A DNA stretch of 63,181 nucleotides from a virus (lineage: Duplodnaviria; Caudoviricetes): IMG/VR virus record IMGVR_UViG_3300020042_009799, positions 1-63,181 of that record. The stretch is one strand, 5' to 3'. The notes beneath the pieces were generated by a model. That model saw only the letters and a list, made by a program, of their open reading frames with translations. It searched no databases and was not told the origin of the DNA. The stretch's first letter is position 1, and every line of letters starts with the position of its first letter. The position numbers were made by a program, and so were the translations under genes. Below are positions 39,701 to 46,829 of this stretch, one piece after another.

Positions 39701-39783
39701 CGGATGGCAACGGCGCAGGTCGCCTGAAACAGGTAGTGACGGAGGCGTTGAAGTACCCGGCAGTCCAAGTGCTGAATCCGTGA
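27775..39783 (+). CDS. Giant 4002-aa polyvalent internal virion protein
   Basis: Ejection-protein-like N-terminus (GEGAEEFIQ), two HExxH motifs, ADP-ribosyltransferase-like domain (YHGT..GFYF..GYD..VVF..QIKS), helical C-terminus. Confidence 0.8.
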   Translation: MPDTYTDWSAKNPITDPVESLRSFNDYSRAEYLRAGQLTPELNEEMDNNAFQFAVEKGLIPAPADEAALQESLKSFVLRPQSDSVLALAGDKLSDEGNNEGALKVRGYLAAKRQAGTPTVTDQEEYATRLESLRKEAEPFLDENSLNNAKRYAVTTGKAKFATVIEDGRYRVIADPALGELDDATIAAYASANPDLIDSRALPQIQQSFRKIPGLDVTPAQLERKGDIKAQMLALANRDPDAMRYLESAVKGFKSDNRTTGKKVTSGVLAVPAFAAAAVGSVLSPLLGAGLQGESLLDKLSNIPSQMGKNLDALGGDGVLPESVDVVAHRLSGSELGKFATTPEIAEAVRDFAITRGVDSVEFDEKNPTSAARRLSTGMYAIPKRIQVNKDLFNKTLEALPVTKDQKALMTQERDANLDAYAKELIPQLIQAKGSLADVYQTAKDAGKSDGEIVEQIAASGDYNGAINRLESFGISVGRILTDLIPAIGALTPGYLGKGIKDIGYSLSRDLSSEQAANSALAGVFGKDFGWGQQLVEQTPQLVANILVSRGMGSAAGAIGRGLSSGGKIAARSLLGAEAATTLANFTQRTAGRAVSVVGKTVADDFAKALKAAPNEIGWLTSQGASVFGSTYSSTRSSLEAQRAPDGSKKFTSEQVENMSTEAAALSAFWSNVITLGMNRIGGGKLAGVETLATGRGVSMGKLKSYYDDVVKGVEKLAPEVRSQISLADFDTFARDVVKTALSPAKGAIFGGLGEGAEEFIQNIASDVVQSAVTGKNFDLTDSARAAGLAASFGLALGSGSKGVELLEQKYRTDPAYQQAEFEASYLSRTIDNLKANGAPATATFLQRQLDLAQQNKETIRTRLTQFAADEEAAAQAQVAADAEEFDVFERRAARDAKLIPVVGPAIFRANGQYEFPFMSRAVNLGTSEEATPPPQEAANYEQAELGFGPPQNLVSSEGPAVERANGQFEFPFMARWLDLGFTPGTSPVPQANYVQAELPLGEEQQPPLIRNHESESLILIQESTTPEQRTAFVEAAPRARQQRFANIGAEVEKIDARLAALDRGLAQLKEQVSAETAATEQELLAEKVELETDKADLLDLAVGEIVAPLASPAEVEAVIAAATVEVPAPAATEKPETTAAKKRVSRARAVQAVVETLENSENPEALLAAAEEAAAATPADPETAPKTFVYRSTRRRDNAPTPENIQLEAPAATVEAAPIPGVVEGNAEASVEENVSPRSILDEVIAMQAAAKANKKKLRQAAADKVAEESAKFTRKDVAPLLDTASPKVDLGLNQTTHSRLTDTNSESGFLTPQDYTLFQDLLARGVVPRLDQVSTMLKSNGSYGDNSYAQPFYGSLKAQVEAVYPVYEAPAQPENLTVDPEILYPLNVRLSSIGQRLQATKEILEARIDSLVAERNYKENRTRLKHLRDAVTRIDYQIADRMSTGDYQLMRKPESGEIRKAKRELSVRGRRGGGGPKQIKLAVKVSDEGEVVGFHTNDLYMTAWLLNNNFSIFVPKNQRAEVNPNIDVSKNGHVQSVTLPDGQVVNKAGDLNGPIGKYLPEELKSYDVDGRTVYPYFEFTNALPEVPRNLTRLLGATPQGNKSSGNIALAESEWITEAQIVLYNSTKGSALAGVEATLAAAQIDPSDFAFAVVNRYRRNLREFTLAIRIEEKLSAGEDFVKFLSKEIGDFAKDALVKAYSQKAKTKLNEYQALKAYGESLLRELRGEVKDDGGSTRFFKKEGDAMVQKPNALDTIIAQLARKYSHGIGIRDSYVDPTARIEDADTPELLSQADADDLAASMYSSLGGATLLDIEIAPEETEAEAAPETAQSVLRSVISNVDANPQTRKAFERTAAMRGVTNAESLPTETLIDLVRNEVSEDIAKAVDRAMYILRGGTDKEQAALRATQSSEDGEEAVAKSIAIANRIKENKAVAALLEKQRLAGVFLDTAKKDILRILSSNLPYGARMETNTSAEADDSQNARLEALFERNPFAKLVREVGASAALEIVGQRVSTQATLAGALTRVNALINTPEKRAAFEQAQKYLFTSRAIADRRVVKASLQPIADFEAFVREQAAQVGLQQDIASKRAGDRAAKSRELSPETAELLRLVLPSTPGPSGTVVSRPVPDRLFTPEQPQGVEAIPRETTRESGVAPITLESGTPFTREQLEAVLKRTRDAQNSESFSEQKRDQMRRYADMLESKLSNKRRQNFKVGKDIEAVFKSIAVPGDPATNLRNNLIDADTLGLRGGSILSAIEALDKVPVRLREVAALLKESRAILAKANIEIVNLPNTGWAGKYSPESNTIFLNLAASNGRGLADVLVHEMLHAVTVSVIKNPNSAAARALVTKLDALRGRIKAAYKGDSQQVLEGLASLEEFVSYAFTSPDFQKAIYEAAPERNFFRRFIDFLTRFLTGNPTDQLSKTLNDLTKLVGMANMRPYGTRISEDVAMSRDQQRTKELYSLAIETGSRSDVAAQLTELDKKYLTAVERGDMEAAQRMVDEAARAAGYSEQVYYHGTKSGEFFVFDNQFAGSNYGPAYEIGKGFYFAPEYTTSRTYAEQGQPFGGRVISAKLKLGNNLQLDGLSLEQAQQVLREFSSAMGDSFTPDNAANPTRLQANVRNTFSPRIKERSDGTYGVQLSVNNTRFSNAFGYGIEEVFRRMGYDSVSDGWQTVVFEPSQIKSADPVTRDGAGNVIPLSQRFNPASGDIRYSQSIEGGGLGDASLMSSLLTQESPSGITIRFDESARGMMVARPDTPDTVFVNPQLLARAIEGLSEFNARRFVRAAVNHEIAHLAAFSALSEADIDYIALNLTPSQLWEVADRYYSATVSDAAARFERIREDRAAGKLSIRELADEFVRMELEKARSGFISESDYSFYRRNPGMLSRMLRALEAFIAKLTTRIRGIEDSEIAASVQRATRVYNQMVSSAEPNGFEEQLNVLRRDDVTGRFSLPIENYGKNSYDVGGKFSRLFKGDLPSAIRALVGTRDNQLRLVARISEQFNNQMQAFIKSGVVNDENLTLVRNAMGDTGLVISKARMAQIEAVLDGEITNIEKAFEDSAKTESDKLIHDKGIADSVARHKDRVVKEYQLVADKARAAAAEAKAKLPPKVVKVIEDARAAIDKASGKIAANPFTPDDIRIVIDANMGIYLTRSYYAFTQTGWTKLLKSAGIAQVGNATIDFQKIRDNALKHYTNKASKKLEAEIKKAHPEFSPAEVKAAVLRDTPARAQVMFDEFVASMDKNAADLAAGQVLAVDVEKALFEEGSTEPAVRTARTNELRQELSRFAEKKELPEWLRQALGEITDPIEAATRSLISVSKLAANQDLLTSTLEAGLDGGWITKDPVVADQKGYIKLSGANPAYDAPLDGAYGPPEFKKAFDTIFSKSSPELEDTADQAVRNGIKILRATAGGAMASKTLLSVGFYPRNAASDFGFFAPLQGVLLNPFNFKRWFQSKGAAFAKSPGEHEAYIRELIELGVLGDDSGTQALRDQIAGLATDAEAALNKVERSALAAQGEAFWKKAGGVPSKILSLGADLNNTISSNLRIGMFEHELAVLREAYKGDETWTEARLKKEAAAKVLRTTQTHSQVFPVVTSFTKSGLGSLIAPFARFKAEVARVMIETVKLASEERASDNEIIRKRGNQRLAGFLTTLTLMPLTVAGVVSLAYAAAFGDDEDVTADSILNYFLPRNGDELRRDQALREGLADWQKGNTVYFTQVGDKIRALDMTFINPTAVYTDLIMRSYELIRTGKEAEIPAVAAKWVTGQLIGDQIAIGAAMEAFNNKDEKGNPITTGDTPFLEALVARTTYALSQGYKPPVANFVQNLMSGEKGSRKPVTEDDKASNRLEIFAGEMFGVRPRVDDVSVYHNRAIRSAALTYSQSRRATGILKSRSPLDADQITESIQKANRARVAAFGTAAELMRAYENMGMTRGQLFSASNEAGLSKDRLNKALNNITDRWTPSREDSKEIYDAGQKADGNGAGRLKQVVTEALKYPAVQVLNP

Positions 39784-39788
39784 ACGCA

Positions 39789-39833
39789 AAAAAGCGGCAC
39801 CCGCCGTGAAGCAGGTGCCGCTTTTCTGTTTGT
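39789..39833. terminator. Bidirectional intrinsic terminator
   Basis: AAAAGCGGCACC-loop-GGTGCCGCTTTT between convergent blocks. Confidence 0.85.
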
Positions 39834-39835
39834 TG

Positions 39836-40126
39836 TTAGCTCGGTAGTGGTCTGGTAGGATACCACTCGTCGAAGTGGTCTACGCTGTACAGCGTTCGGT
39901 CGCCGATGAACTGGCACCGGAGTGTCCCCGCGTAGTCCATGGATACTCCCGCATACTCCCACCCCTTCCACCCGCACACGAGCCACAGGCCCGGCCCGGT
40001 GGGGCGTTCGAGGCGGGCAGGCTGCAACGCAGCCCGCATCTCCTCATAGTCCTTGATGTCCACCTCCACGAACCCGAGCCCGGTAATCGCGGCTTGGGAT
40101 CGGTTGTATTTTTCCCAGTCGATCAT
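39836..40126 (-). CDS. Hypothetical protein
   Basis: Start MIDWEK with ATGA overlap; RPTGPGLW motif. Confidence 0.6.
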   Translation of the reverse strand: MIDWEKYNRSQAAITGLGFVEVDIKDYEEMRAALQPARLERPTGPGLWLVCGWKGWEYAGVSMDYAGTLRCQFIGDRTLYSVDHFDEWYPTRPLPS

Positions 40127-40368
40127 GGTTGGCCTCCCTTCACTGAAGCGAGCACAGCCCACAGCTCTTCGTCTACGAAGTCAGGGCGCATGGTCATCGT
40201 CTTCTGGTGTTTCTCGATAGCCGCCATAAGCACGTTTGCTTTGTGCTCTAGTCCTCTAGCAAAGTCGGGCCACGACGGTTGAAGCCTTGAGTGGCCCAGC
40301 CTAAACTGTTCCATCCTTGCGTCGGTGAGTGGAGTCCCGGTATCAGGGGTAAGTGATTCGGGGTTCAT
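40123..40368 (-). CDS. Hypothetical protein
   Basis: TPLTDA..FARGLE motif; coupled. Confidence 0.65.
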   Translation of the reverse strand: MNPESLTPDTGTPLTDARMEQFRLGHSRLQPSWPDFARGLEHKANVLMAAIEKHQKTMTMRPDFVDEELWAVLASVKGGQP

Positions 40369-40631
40369 GATTCCTCCTTTCTGTTCAGGGTGGCGAGAAC
40401 CCGCTCCGCATTAGCGAGGCTAGCGAGTTCCGCATTGCGTTGGTCTTCGATGTCGCAGTCTCCAGCAATACTCCTGAAGTGTGTCAGGACATCTTCTAGG
40501 GCGAGGGCTACACAAGTGCGCTGACGCTCAATGTAGCGGGATACCTCCGCGCTTACTACTTCTTCGCATCTACCAAACTCACTCGCAAGGTCAGCTGCAT
40601 CGTCCGTCTCTGGCGTTGGTCGGGCGCTCAC
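40365..40631 (-). CDS. Hypothetical protein
   Basis: TPETD...SRYIER motif, related to the neighbour. Confidence 0.65.
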   Translation of the reverse strand: MSARPTPETDDAADLASEFGRCEEVVSAEVSRYIERQRTCVALALEDVLTHFRSIAGDCDIEDQRNAELASLANAERVLATLNRKEES

Positions 40632-41353
40632 TTCGCCACCTCCTTCCCGACCGCGTAGTCCCGCTTGAACGAGAACCCATTCCGGCGACCGTAAAACACC
40701 ACGGTACCCGGCATCAGGTTCAACGAACCACTTATCATGTCCACCGAATCGCCTCGGCGCAACGCCGCGACGACCTGCTCATCGTTGTTGTTCTTCGGCC
40801 TCCCACCTTTGCCTGCCCGGTAGGTGTAAACCAGATCGGGGGTAAGCCCGGTGGCGTAGGCGATTCCCTCGGCGCTGATACCAAGACCTTGCAGCCTGCG
40901 GATCTCGCCTGCTACCTCCTGCTTGCGCCGGGTAGCCTCTTTAGGAATCGTGATTCCGTTGCGACTGCACACCTGATAGACGGTCTGTATCTTGATGCCA
41001 AGCTCGGAGGCGATCTCGGGGACAGACTTGCCTTGCTCCAGCAGCTGTCTCATGCGCTCGGGTTTCTTCGGCTCTTTGATACGGAGCCCGCTGTTCAGCT
41101 GGAGGGTACGGACCCGGGCCTCGGAGATGCCAAGAGTCTTGGCGATCTGCTCCTCGGTCTTGCCGTCAAGCATCAGCTTGGCGATCTTCATGGTCTTGTT
41201 CGCCGCATTGGATCGCGCCTGCGGTGGCATCTTGATGTTGTGGTGTCTCATGTGGGCTCGGATGTTTCCTTGGTTGGTGCCGAGATGTTCGGCGATCTCA
41301 TTCACTGTGCGTCCTGCGGATAGCAGGTTCCTGATTACTGATTCGTGTTTCAT
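40628..41353 (-). CDS. Tandem HTH repeat DNA-binding protein
   Basis: Five G.(T/S)..EIA..LG-type HTH units. Confidence 0.8.
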   Translation of the reverse strand: MKHESVIRNLLSAGRTVNEIAEHLGTNQGNIRAHMRHHNIKMPPQARSNAANKTMKIAKLMLDGKTEEQIAKTLGISEARVRTLQLNSGLRIKEPKKPERMRQLLEQGKSVPEIASELGIKIQTVYQVCSRNGITIPKEATRRKQEVAGEIRRLQGLGISAEGIAYATGLTPDLVYTYRAGKGGRPKNNNDEQVVAALRRGDSVDMISGSLNLMPGTVVFYGRRNGFSFKRDYAVGKEVAK

Positions 41354-41504
41354 GTTTCTTGTGTGTCGAGTGTTTTGATGTAGTCGCTGACGAGCTTGAT
41401 GTCGTCACTGTCAGATCCGCCTACCACCAGTCGGTGGGATGCGGCGCGGATTTCTGCGGGGCAGGCTATCGAGCCTCCCGCCAATCGGTATAGCAGTTGT
41501 TTGT

Positions 41505-41780
41505 TCATGGTTTGTATCTCCTCTTCAGTTCTTTCACCACAGCTCCTCCGGTTCCCGTGAGTCGGTAAACCGCAGAGTCGTCGCGAAGCCAGTTTGTTTT
41601 AGTCAACAGCCCGTCTGCCTCGGCCCGCTTCAATGCCGACTTGGCGAAGCGAGCCGGGACATCGAGCATCGGGGCAGCCTCTTTCGAGGACACCCCATCC
41701 GCCTCCGCCGCGACCAGCACGGCGAAGGTGGAACAACGTCTAGCACCCAGCGCAGCAAGTGCAAGTAGAAACGGTATCAT
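41505..41780 (-). CDS. MarR-like winged-helix protein
   Basis: ALKRAEADGLL...D..VYRLT..G. Confidence 0.6.
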   Translation of the reverse strand: MIPFLLALAALGARRCSTFAVLVAAEADGVSSKEAAPMLDVPARFAKSALKRAEADGLLTKTNWLRDDSAVYRLTGTGGAVVKELKRRYKP

Positions 41781-43807
41781 ACAGCGGAGGTCTTCCTGCG
41801 CGGGGCGCTGATAAACTCCTTGGAGACCAAGAAGTTGAACAGCACCGGGTAAGCCTTGCGTGACTTGGACACGAAGTCCAAGAACGTAGCGGCATTGCCG
41901 ATGCGGGTCAGGCTGGTAGTAGCTGGCCGGGTAAAGGCCAGCACCGCCTCGACGAACTCGATGTTGCGGACAAACCCGCCCGGGTCCAGCGTCCCCCGGA
42001 AAATCCGGAACTCGATGGTGCGCGAGCCGCTTGTGTTGACCGCTTCGTATCGGTCGCCGTCCTGCGACTTGCCACTGGTGAGGCGCTTGTCTTCGAACAC
42101 CGCGTAGCGGGATCTCTTGCGACCGGAAACCGCACCGACAAGGCGGGACATCTCCGGCGAGTTGACAGTCACCAGAATCCGTCCGATCCACAAGGCACTC
42201 AGCGGCGCGCGGCTGACATGGATGTGCATGCCGCAGAAACCGTTGCTCCAGCTGGACATGTGGCGCGCGACCTTCGGGTCATTGAGCGCCTTGGTCCAGA
42301 TGCGCTTGTGCACGGCAGGCGAATCCGGGCGAGTGACCACCTCGAAACCCCCGCACTCGATGCTGCTATCGTGCTTGAAGATTCCGTACTTGGCGAAGTC
42401 ATCCTTGTCCGACAGCGCATCGGCCATGACCTGTGTGCAGTCGTCCGTGTCGTAGCCCCTGTCAGTGCCCACCTCCAGCTCGATGCCGAACTTGAGGGCG
42501 ACATCCTCCTCGGGCTTCATGCCGCTGGCAGTGTCATTCGTGTAGTTGCGGATGCAGCTGCGCGAGCTACCGGAACACCGGTGACACTCGCCGTTCTCAA
42601 CAAGCTGGCCGAGATACCAGTAGTCACACTCACAGCAGTAAGTCGCCAACTCTTCCAGCTCGTGTGAGGGTACCCAAGAATACACATGCCCGATTCGTGG
42701 ATCGTAGCCGCTTCGGATCTGCGTGGCCCGGTGCCTCGGGACACGGTCACCACTCAATGTCGTGACAGCCAGCCCGGTGAAGCTCCACTCCCCTTCCACC
42801 AGTTCATAGGCTGGGTTGTTGGTTGGTGGCTCCAGAAGGTACTCGTACGGGTACGACGGGTCGGTGTGCCATATGGGGGTCAGCTCGGAAACCCAATAGT
42901 ACTTGCCGTCCCCCAGTAGAGCCCGGTCGTTGCGTCGGCGAACGAACTTCCCGGCATGTGATCCGCCAGTAATGGAGAACCCTTCGCCCTTCTTACCGAA
43001 TGCACCGTCAATGAACTCGATCAGGTCAGGGTGTCCTTCGGGATACCATGTTCCTGATACGGGGACCGCCTTGTCGCGGCGCAGGTACTTCTCTTCTTCG
43101 TGACACCACACTGCATCCTCGGCAGGGACGAGGAAGCGCCCTACCTTGATGCAGATGGTGCCGTCCTTACGGATGGTGCGGGGCAGGCCCAGCATGAGCT
43201 TGGGGCTCATGCTGGTGCGAATCTCCACGCCAAGGGCGAGGAGATCCTCGCTGCGGTTCAGCACACTGGAGTTGCGGTCTGCATCCTGCACGCAAAGCTC
43301 CAGCCGTTTGGTGTGGTCCTCGAACCAGTAGATGGTGCTCCCGTTTGGGAGCAGTGTGCCATCCAAGCTAGGCAGACGCTCCCCGGTGATGCGGTTGAAC
43401 AAACCCTTCTCCGGGATTTTCAAGACGGCGACTCCAAGCTTAGTCGCGAAACACCAGTCGCGGTACCCCCCGAACCGAGTGCCCTCGGGTAGGTCTCTAT
43501 CGACCCGGATCAGATCTTCGCTTAAGTCGCGGATGGTGTATTCCCCAACCCGTGATCCGATGGATACTGGTTGGCCTTCGTAGGTGTAGATATGTTTCAT
43601 TTGTGATATAGTTGATGTTGGTCGTGTTGTGCAGTTGTACCAGTTGAGGCGGCCGTTGAGTTGGACTGGCTGGATCTCCATCCACCCGTCAGGGCCGGGA
43701 GGGTGGAGGGTTGCCCTTTGGCCATGATGTGCTGCTGTGGAAACTAGCCTTTGGTAGACAGAGTCCAAGTATGCCTGCGTTAGGGGGGACGTAGGTTCTT
43801 CAGGCAT
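41777..43807 (-). CDS. Putative amidoligase 1 (COOH-NH2 ligase) with long N-terminal extension; alternative start at 43600
   Basis: FGIELEV, HDSSI, GFEVVT, CGMHIHVS, RYEAVN, TIEFRIFRG. Confidence 0.85.
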   Translation of the reverse strand: MPEEPTSPLTQAYLDSVYQRLVSTAAHHGQRATLHPPGPDGWMEIQPVQLNGRLNWYNCTTRPTSTISQMKHIYTYEGQPVSIGSRVGEYTIRDLSEDLIRVDRDLPEGTRFGGYRDWCFATKLGVAVLKIPEKGLFNRITGERLPSLDGTLLPNGSTIYWFEDHTKRLELCVQDADRNSSVLNRSEDLLALGVEIRTSMSPKLMLGLPRTIRKDGTICIKVGRFLVPAEDAVWCHEEEKYLRRDKAVPVSGTWYPEGHPDLIEFIDGAFGKKGEGFSITGGSHAGKFVRRRNDRALLGDGKYYWVSELTPIWHTDPSYPYEYLLEPPTNNPAYELVEGEWSFTGLAVTTLSGDRVPRHRATQIRSGYDPRIGHVYSWVPSHELEELATYCCECDYWYLGQLVENGECHRCSGSSRSCIRNYTNDTASGMKPEEDVALKFGIELEVGTDRGYDTDDCTQVMADALSDKDDFAKYGIFKHDSSIECGGFEVVTRPDSPAVHKRIWTKALNDPKVARHMSSWSNGFCGMHIHVSRAPLSALWIGRILVTVNSPEMSRLVGAVSGRKRSRYAVFEDKRLTSGKSQDGDRYEAVNTSGSRTIEFRIFRGTLDPGGFVRNIEFVEAVLAFTRPATTSLTRIGNAATFLDFVSKSRKAYPVLFNFLVSKEFISAPRRKTSAV

Positions 43808-44066
43808 CCCAGTTGCAATGGTGATTGGTGAATGTGTCGAGGTCATCCAACATCGAGCCGTCATCCCCGAGCATGCTAGTCATGGCGAGGTTGATGGACG
43901 ACGCCTTGCTGCTGTCGTGCGCCGCTTCGAATGAGGTGGTCTTCCCGAAGGGGAAGGACCACACAAGGGCGCGGTGCCCGGCTTGTGACTCGGTGAGTGA
44001 GAGTCGCAGGGACTCGCGCTTATCTGGCGTGGTGACGACAATCGCGTCTAGTGTTTCGTATTTCAT
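43800..44066 (-). CDS. Hypothetical protein
   Basis: Coupled ORF. Confidence 0.6.
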   Translation of the reverse strand: MKYETLDAIVVTTPDKRESLRLSLTESQAGHRALVWSFPFGKTTSFEAAHDSSKASSINLAMTSMLGDDGSMLDDLDTFTNHHCNWDA

Positions 44067-44263
44067 GGTTGTTGTTTGGTAATAGTCCAGCCCTTGCCCT
44101 CGATCGCCTTGCCGGTGCGCCGCTCCTCCGCCTCGCGACCATCGACCGAGTTATGGTCGTAGGTCACGGGGGGTTCGGAGGAGGACAGCTCTGGTTGGCA
44201 GAAGCAATCAGTAGTTGGCGTGTGTGGTTTGAGGTCGTTTAGTGGTATGATGTGGTAGGTCAT
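44063..44263 (-). CDS. Small His/Cys protein
   Basis: HIIPLNDLKPH..CFCQP..HNSVDGRE. Confidence 0.65.
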   Translation of the reverse strand: MTYHIIPLNDLKPHTPTTDCFCQPELSSSEPPVTYDHNSVDGREAEERRTGKAIEGKGWTITKQQP

Positions 44264-44382
44264 GCTCTTGATGCAATGATGATGGCGAGGGAAACCGCCG
44301 CCGGGGGTAGCGTCCTGACGTCCCCGGTGACGAGGAACAGCAGGACACAGATGACAAGCCAAGCGTATAGGATAACTCTCAT
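44260..44382 (-). CDS. Small membrane peptide
   Basis: 40 aa hydrophobic; ATGA overlap. Confidence 0.5.
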   Translation of the reverse strand: MRVILYAWLVICVLLFLVTGDVRTLPPAAVSLAIIIASRA

Positions 44383-44386
44383 GGTA

Positions 44387-45397
44387 TTAGACGTGGGTAA
44401 GGCGCTTGAGGGTTTCCTTGTTCGGGATAGCGACTCCGTAGATGAGCTGCAACTCATCGCGCAGAACCTCTACACTGTCCTTGCGGGAGGCCAGCATCTC
44501 CAGATCATAGAGCGTGTAGCCGCACTCGATAAGGTCGGTGACCATCCACTCGTTCTCCTCGCCGATCTCGGCGATGATCAGGGCATATGAATCGTCCTCG
44601 CTGAGTCCGTCGTCCATTGCCCAGCCGCCTTCGGCGACAGGCTCGGAACGGGCGGAGAGGTAGGCTTCCCAATCGTCTTCCTCCATGTCGTCTAGATCCT
44701 TCTCGGTCAGAGTCTTATTGACCGGAGCAGCAGCAACCGGGTGGTACGAAGTAGTGCCGTCCGGGTTCTTGGTAGTAGTCCAAGACTCCTTGGCCTTGGA
44801 CTTGTACGAGTAGCCACGCGGGTCGGCGCAACGCCAGTCCTCGTAGCTGCTGTTGGACCACCAGACTCCGTTCTTCCAGTGACCGTTCGCCTCGCCCCAG
44901 ATGGCGAAGTCGCCGTCCGCATTGAGGAACACCAGCTTGTTGCTGCGACCCACCATCATGTCGCCCATCGTGATGAACTCAGGACGCATGAAGTACTTGT
45001 GATCGTTGAGCCAGAACGGGTGCAGGATGTCGCGGCAGATGTGCCACGTATCGCTGAACGAGGGGTTGTCGCTGGCTGCGTCGTAGAACATACCGTTGTG
45101 GATCACAGCAGTCGGGCATCCACCTCCGTCACCGAAGGTCCGCAGATCGAACGGATGGCAGTTGTCGTGATTGACCTTGCCGTGCGTGGAGATGCGGAAG
45201 TGGATGAGCGCCGCGTAGTTGCCGAATGGTTCGAGCGCCTTCTTGAAATGCTCGAACTTGAAGAAGCCCTTCTCGACAATGAGCTGACCTTCAACCGCGA
45301 CAGCGAAGCCAGCGCCGTCACCGTTGTAGTTCATACCCGTTTCGAGGGCGGTCCAATCAGGGGCGATACCGGCAGGTTTGTATAGTGCAAGACACAT
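44387..45397 (-). CDS. Class II (Ntn) glutamine amidotransferase
   Basis: N-terminal MC, N.DGAG, HFRISTHG, NCHPF, HNG, SDT. Confidence 0.92.
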   Translation of the reverse strand: MCLALYKPAGIAPDWTALETGMNYNGDGAGFAVAVEGQLIVEKGFFKFEHFKKALEPFGNYAALIHFRISTHGKVNHDNCHPFDLRTFGDGGGCPTAVIHNGMFYDAASDNPSFSDTWHICRDILHPFWLNDHKYFMRPEFITMGDMMVGRSNKLVFLNADGDFAIWGEANGHWKNGVWWSNSSYEDWRCADPRGYSYKSKAKESWTTTKNPDGTTSYHPVAAAPVNKTLTEKDLDDMEEDDWEAYLSARSEPVAEGGWAMDDGLSEDDSYALIIAEIGEENEWMVTDLIECGYTLYDLEMLASRKDSVEVLRDELQLIYGVAIPNKETLKRLTHV

Positions 45398-45482
45398 AGT
45401 AGTAGTTTGTTTTTGTAGTAGTAGTTTTGGGTGTTTTCTGCTGCACCCGCAGCGTCTTATCCGTTATCCCGGATAGCCGGGT

Positions 45483-46568
45483 TTACTTGGTGAAGAAGTC
45501 TTTCTTCTTGAGGAAGGCGAACAACTCCTTGTATTTTTTACGATGGTTGGATACAAAGTCAAGGAACTTCTCGGGCTCCGCAATGTCGCGGTTGCTGGTA
45601 GTGGCGGGACTGGTGAAGGCCAGCACCGCCTCGACGAACTCGATGTACCGGATGAACGACTCACGAATCAGTGTGCCTCGGAACAATCGGAACTCGATCG
45701 TCTCGCGGGGCGAGTTGTTGACTGCTTCGTACTTGCGCTCGTATCCGGTCTTCTTGCCGTTGGTCAGCTTCTTGGACGTGATCCCTGCATAGGTGGTGTC
45801 GTACCGACCGGACACCTTGGAGACGATCGACCGCATGGAAGGCGAGTTGATCATGACAAGGATGCGCCCGATCCACAGCGTGCTGAGCGGCTTGCGACTG
45901 ACGTGGATATGGATACCACAGTTGCCGCTGTTCCAGCTGGTCAGGTTGCGCCGCACCTGCGGATCACTGAGGAACTTCGAGAAGATCCGCTTGTGAACCT
46001 CGGGGGCATCGGGACGGGTGACGATCTCGAAGCCGCCGTCGCTGAGCGAGCCGTCTTCCTTGTAGACCACATAGCCACTCGGGAAGATGGACTCACACAT
46101 CTCAACCCCTTCGTTTGCATCGCGCCCCTCCACCTCAAGCTCGATACCGAACTTGAGCGGCACGTCCTTCTCCGGGCGGAGGTCGGCGGCTGACTTGTCA
46201 CTGTAAGACCGGAGTCCCGATTGTTCCGACCTGCAGCTGTTGCAGTTGCCATCCTCGGCGTAGTCGTCGTTGCTATACCGGCAGTCACAGCAGTCGCAGA
46301 CGAACGTGTGATCGTTGAGCCAGTCCTCGCAGTACCATTCGCCGTCCCACGTATCCATCTCGTCGATGAAGAATGTATCGCCGCTGCCGTAGCAAGAGGC
46401 GACGATGTCGTGGCTCGCCCAGCAGTCGTAGTCCTCCATGTAGGTGTAGTCGTATTCCGGCTCCTCAGTTACCCACTCACCGCCGCTGCGGCGATCGCGG
46501 TAGTGGTCAACGAGGCGGAAGCAGTCGCTCTTCATGTGGGTCTCTCCGTCAATTTCAATGGTGTTCAT
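45483..46568 (-). CDS. Putative amidoligase 2 with acidic Cys-rich N-terminus
   Basis: FGIELEV, EDGSL, GFEIVT, CGIHIHVS, KYEAVN, TIEFRLFRG. Confidence 0.88.
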   Translation of the reverse strand: MNTIEIDGETHMKSDCFRLVDHYRDRRSGGEWVTEEPEYDYTYMEDYDCWASHDIVASCYGSGDTFFIDEMDTWDGEWYCEDWLNDHTFVCDCCDCRYSNDDYAEDGNCNSCRSEQSGLRSYSDKSAADLRPEKDVPLKFGIELEVEGRDANEGVEMCESIFPSGYVVYKEDGSLSDGGFEIVTRPDAPEVHKRIFSKFLSDPQVRRNLTSWNSGNCGIHIHVSRKPLSTLWIGRILVMINSPSMRSIVSKVSGRYDTTYAGITSKKLTNGKKTGYERKYEAVNNSPRETIEFRLFRGTLIRESFIRYIEFVEAVLAFTSPATTSNRDIAEPEKFLDFVSNHRKKYKELFAFLKKKDFFTK

Positions 46569-46604
46569 GATAGTAGTTTGTTTTTTTGTGTTTCAATTCA
46601 GGTA

Positions 46605-46787
46605 TCAGTTCCAGTCAGGGTGAATCTCTCCGCTCTCGGTGACGATCACGGATTGCTTGTCTGCCAGCAGAATCTCCGCATCGGGAGACAGCTGAGGTAT
46701 GCGGGGTTCGCTGACGCGGCGACCGGCGTGGTCGCGGACAGTGGTGATGCCGTCGTCGGCGCGGGTGATGTGGATGAATGGTTTCAT
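46605..46787 (-). CDS. Hypothetical protein
   Basis: ATG 5 nt downstream of the repeated palindrome. Confidence 0.55.
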   Translation of the reverse strand: MKPFIHITRADDGITTVRDHAGRRVSEPRIPQLSPDAEILLADKQSVIVTESGEIHPDWN

Positions 46788-46792
46788 TGTTC

Positions 46793-46829
46793 TATTCGTT
46801 TTATCGGATAAGCCTGCTTCTGCCGCAGG
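46793..46829. repeat. 37-bp direct repeat, copy 1 (copy 2 at 48419-48455)
   Basis: TATTCGTTTTATCGGATAAGCCTGCTTCTGCCGCAGG identical at both sites. Confidence 0.9.
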
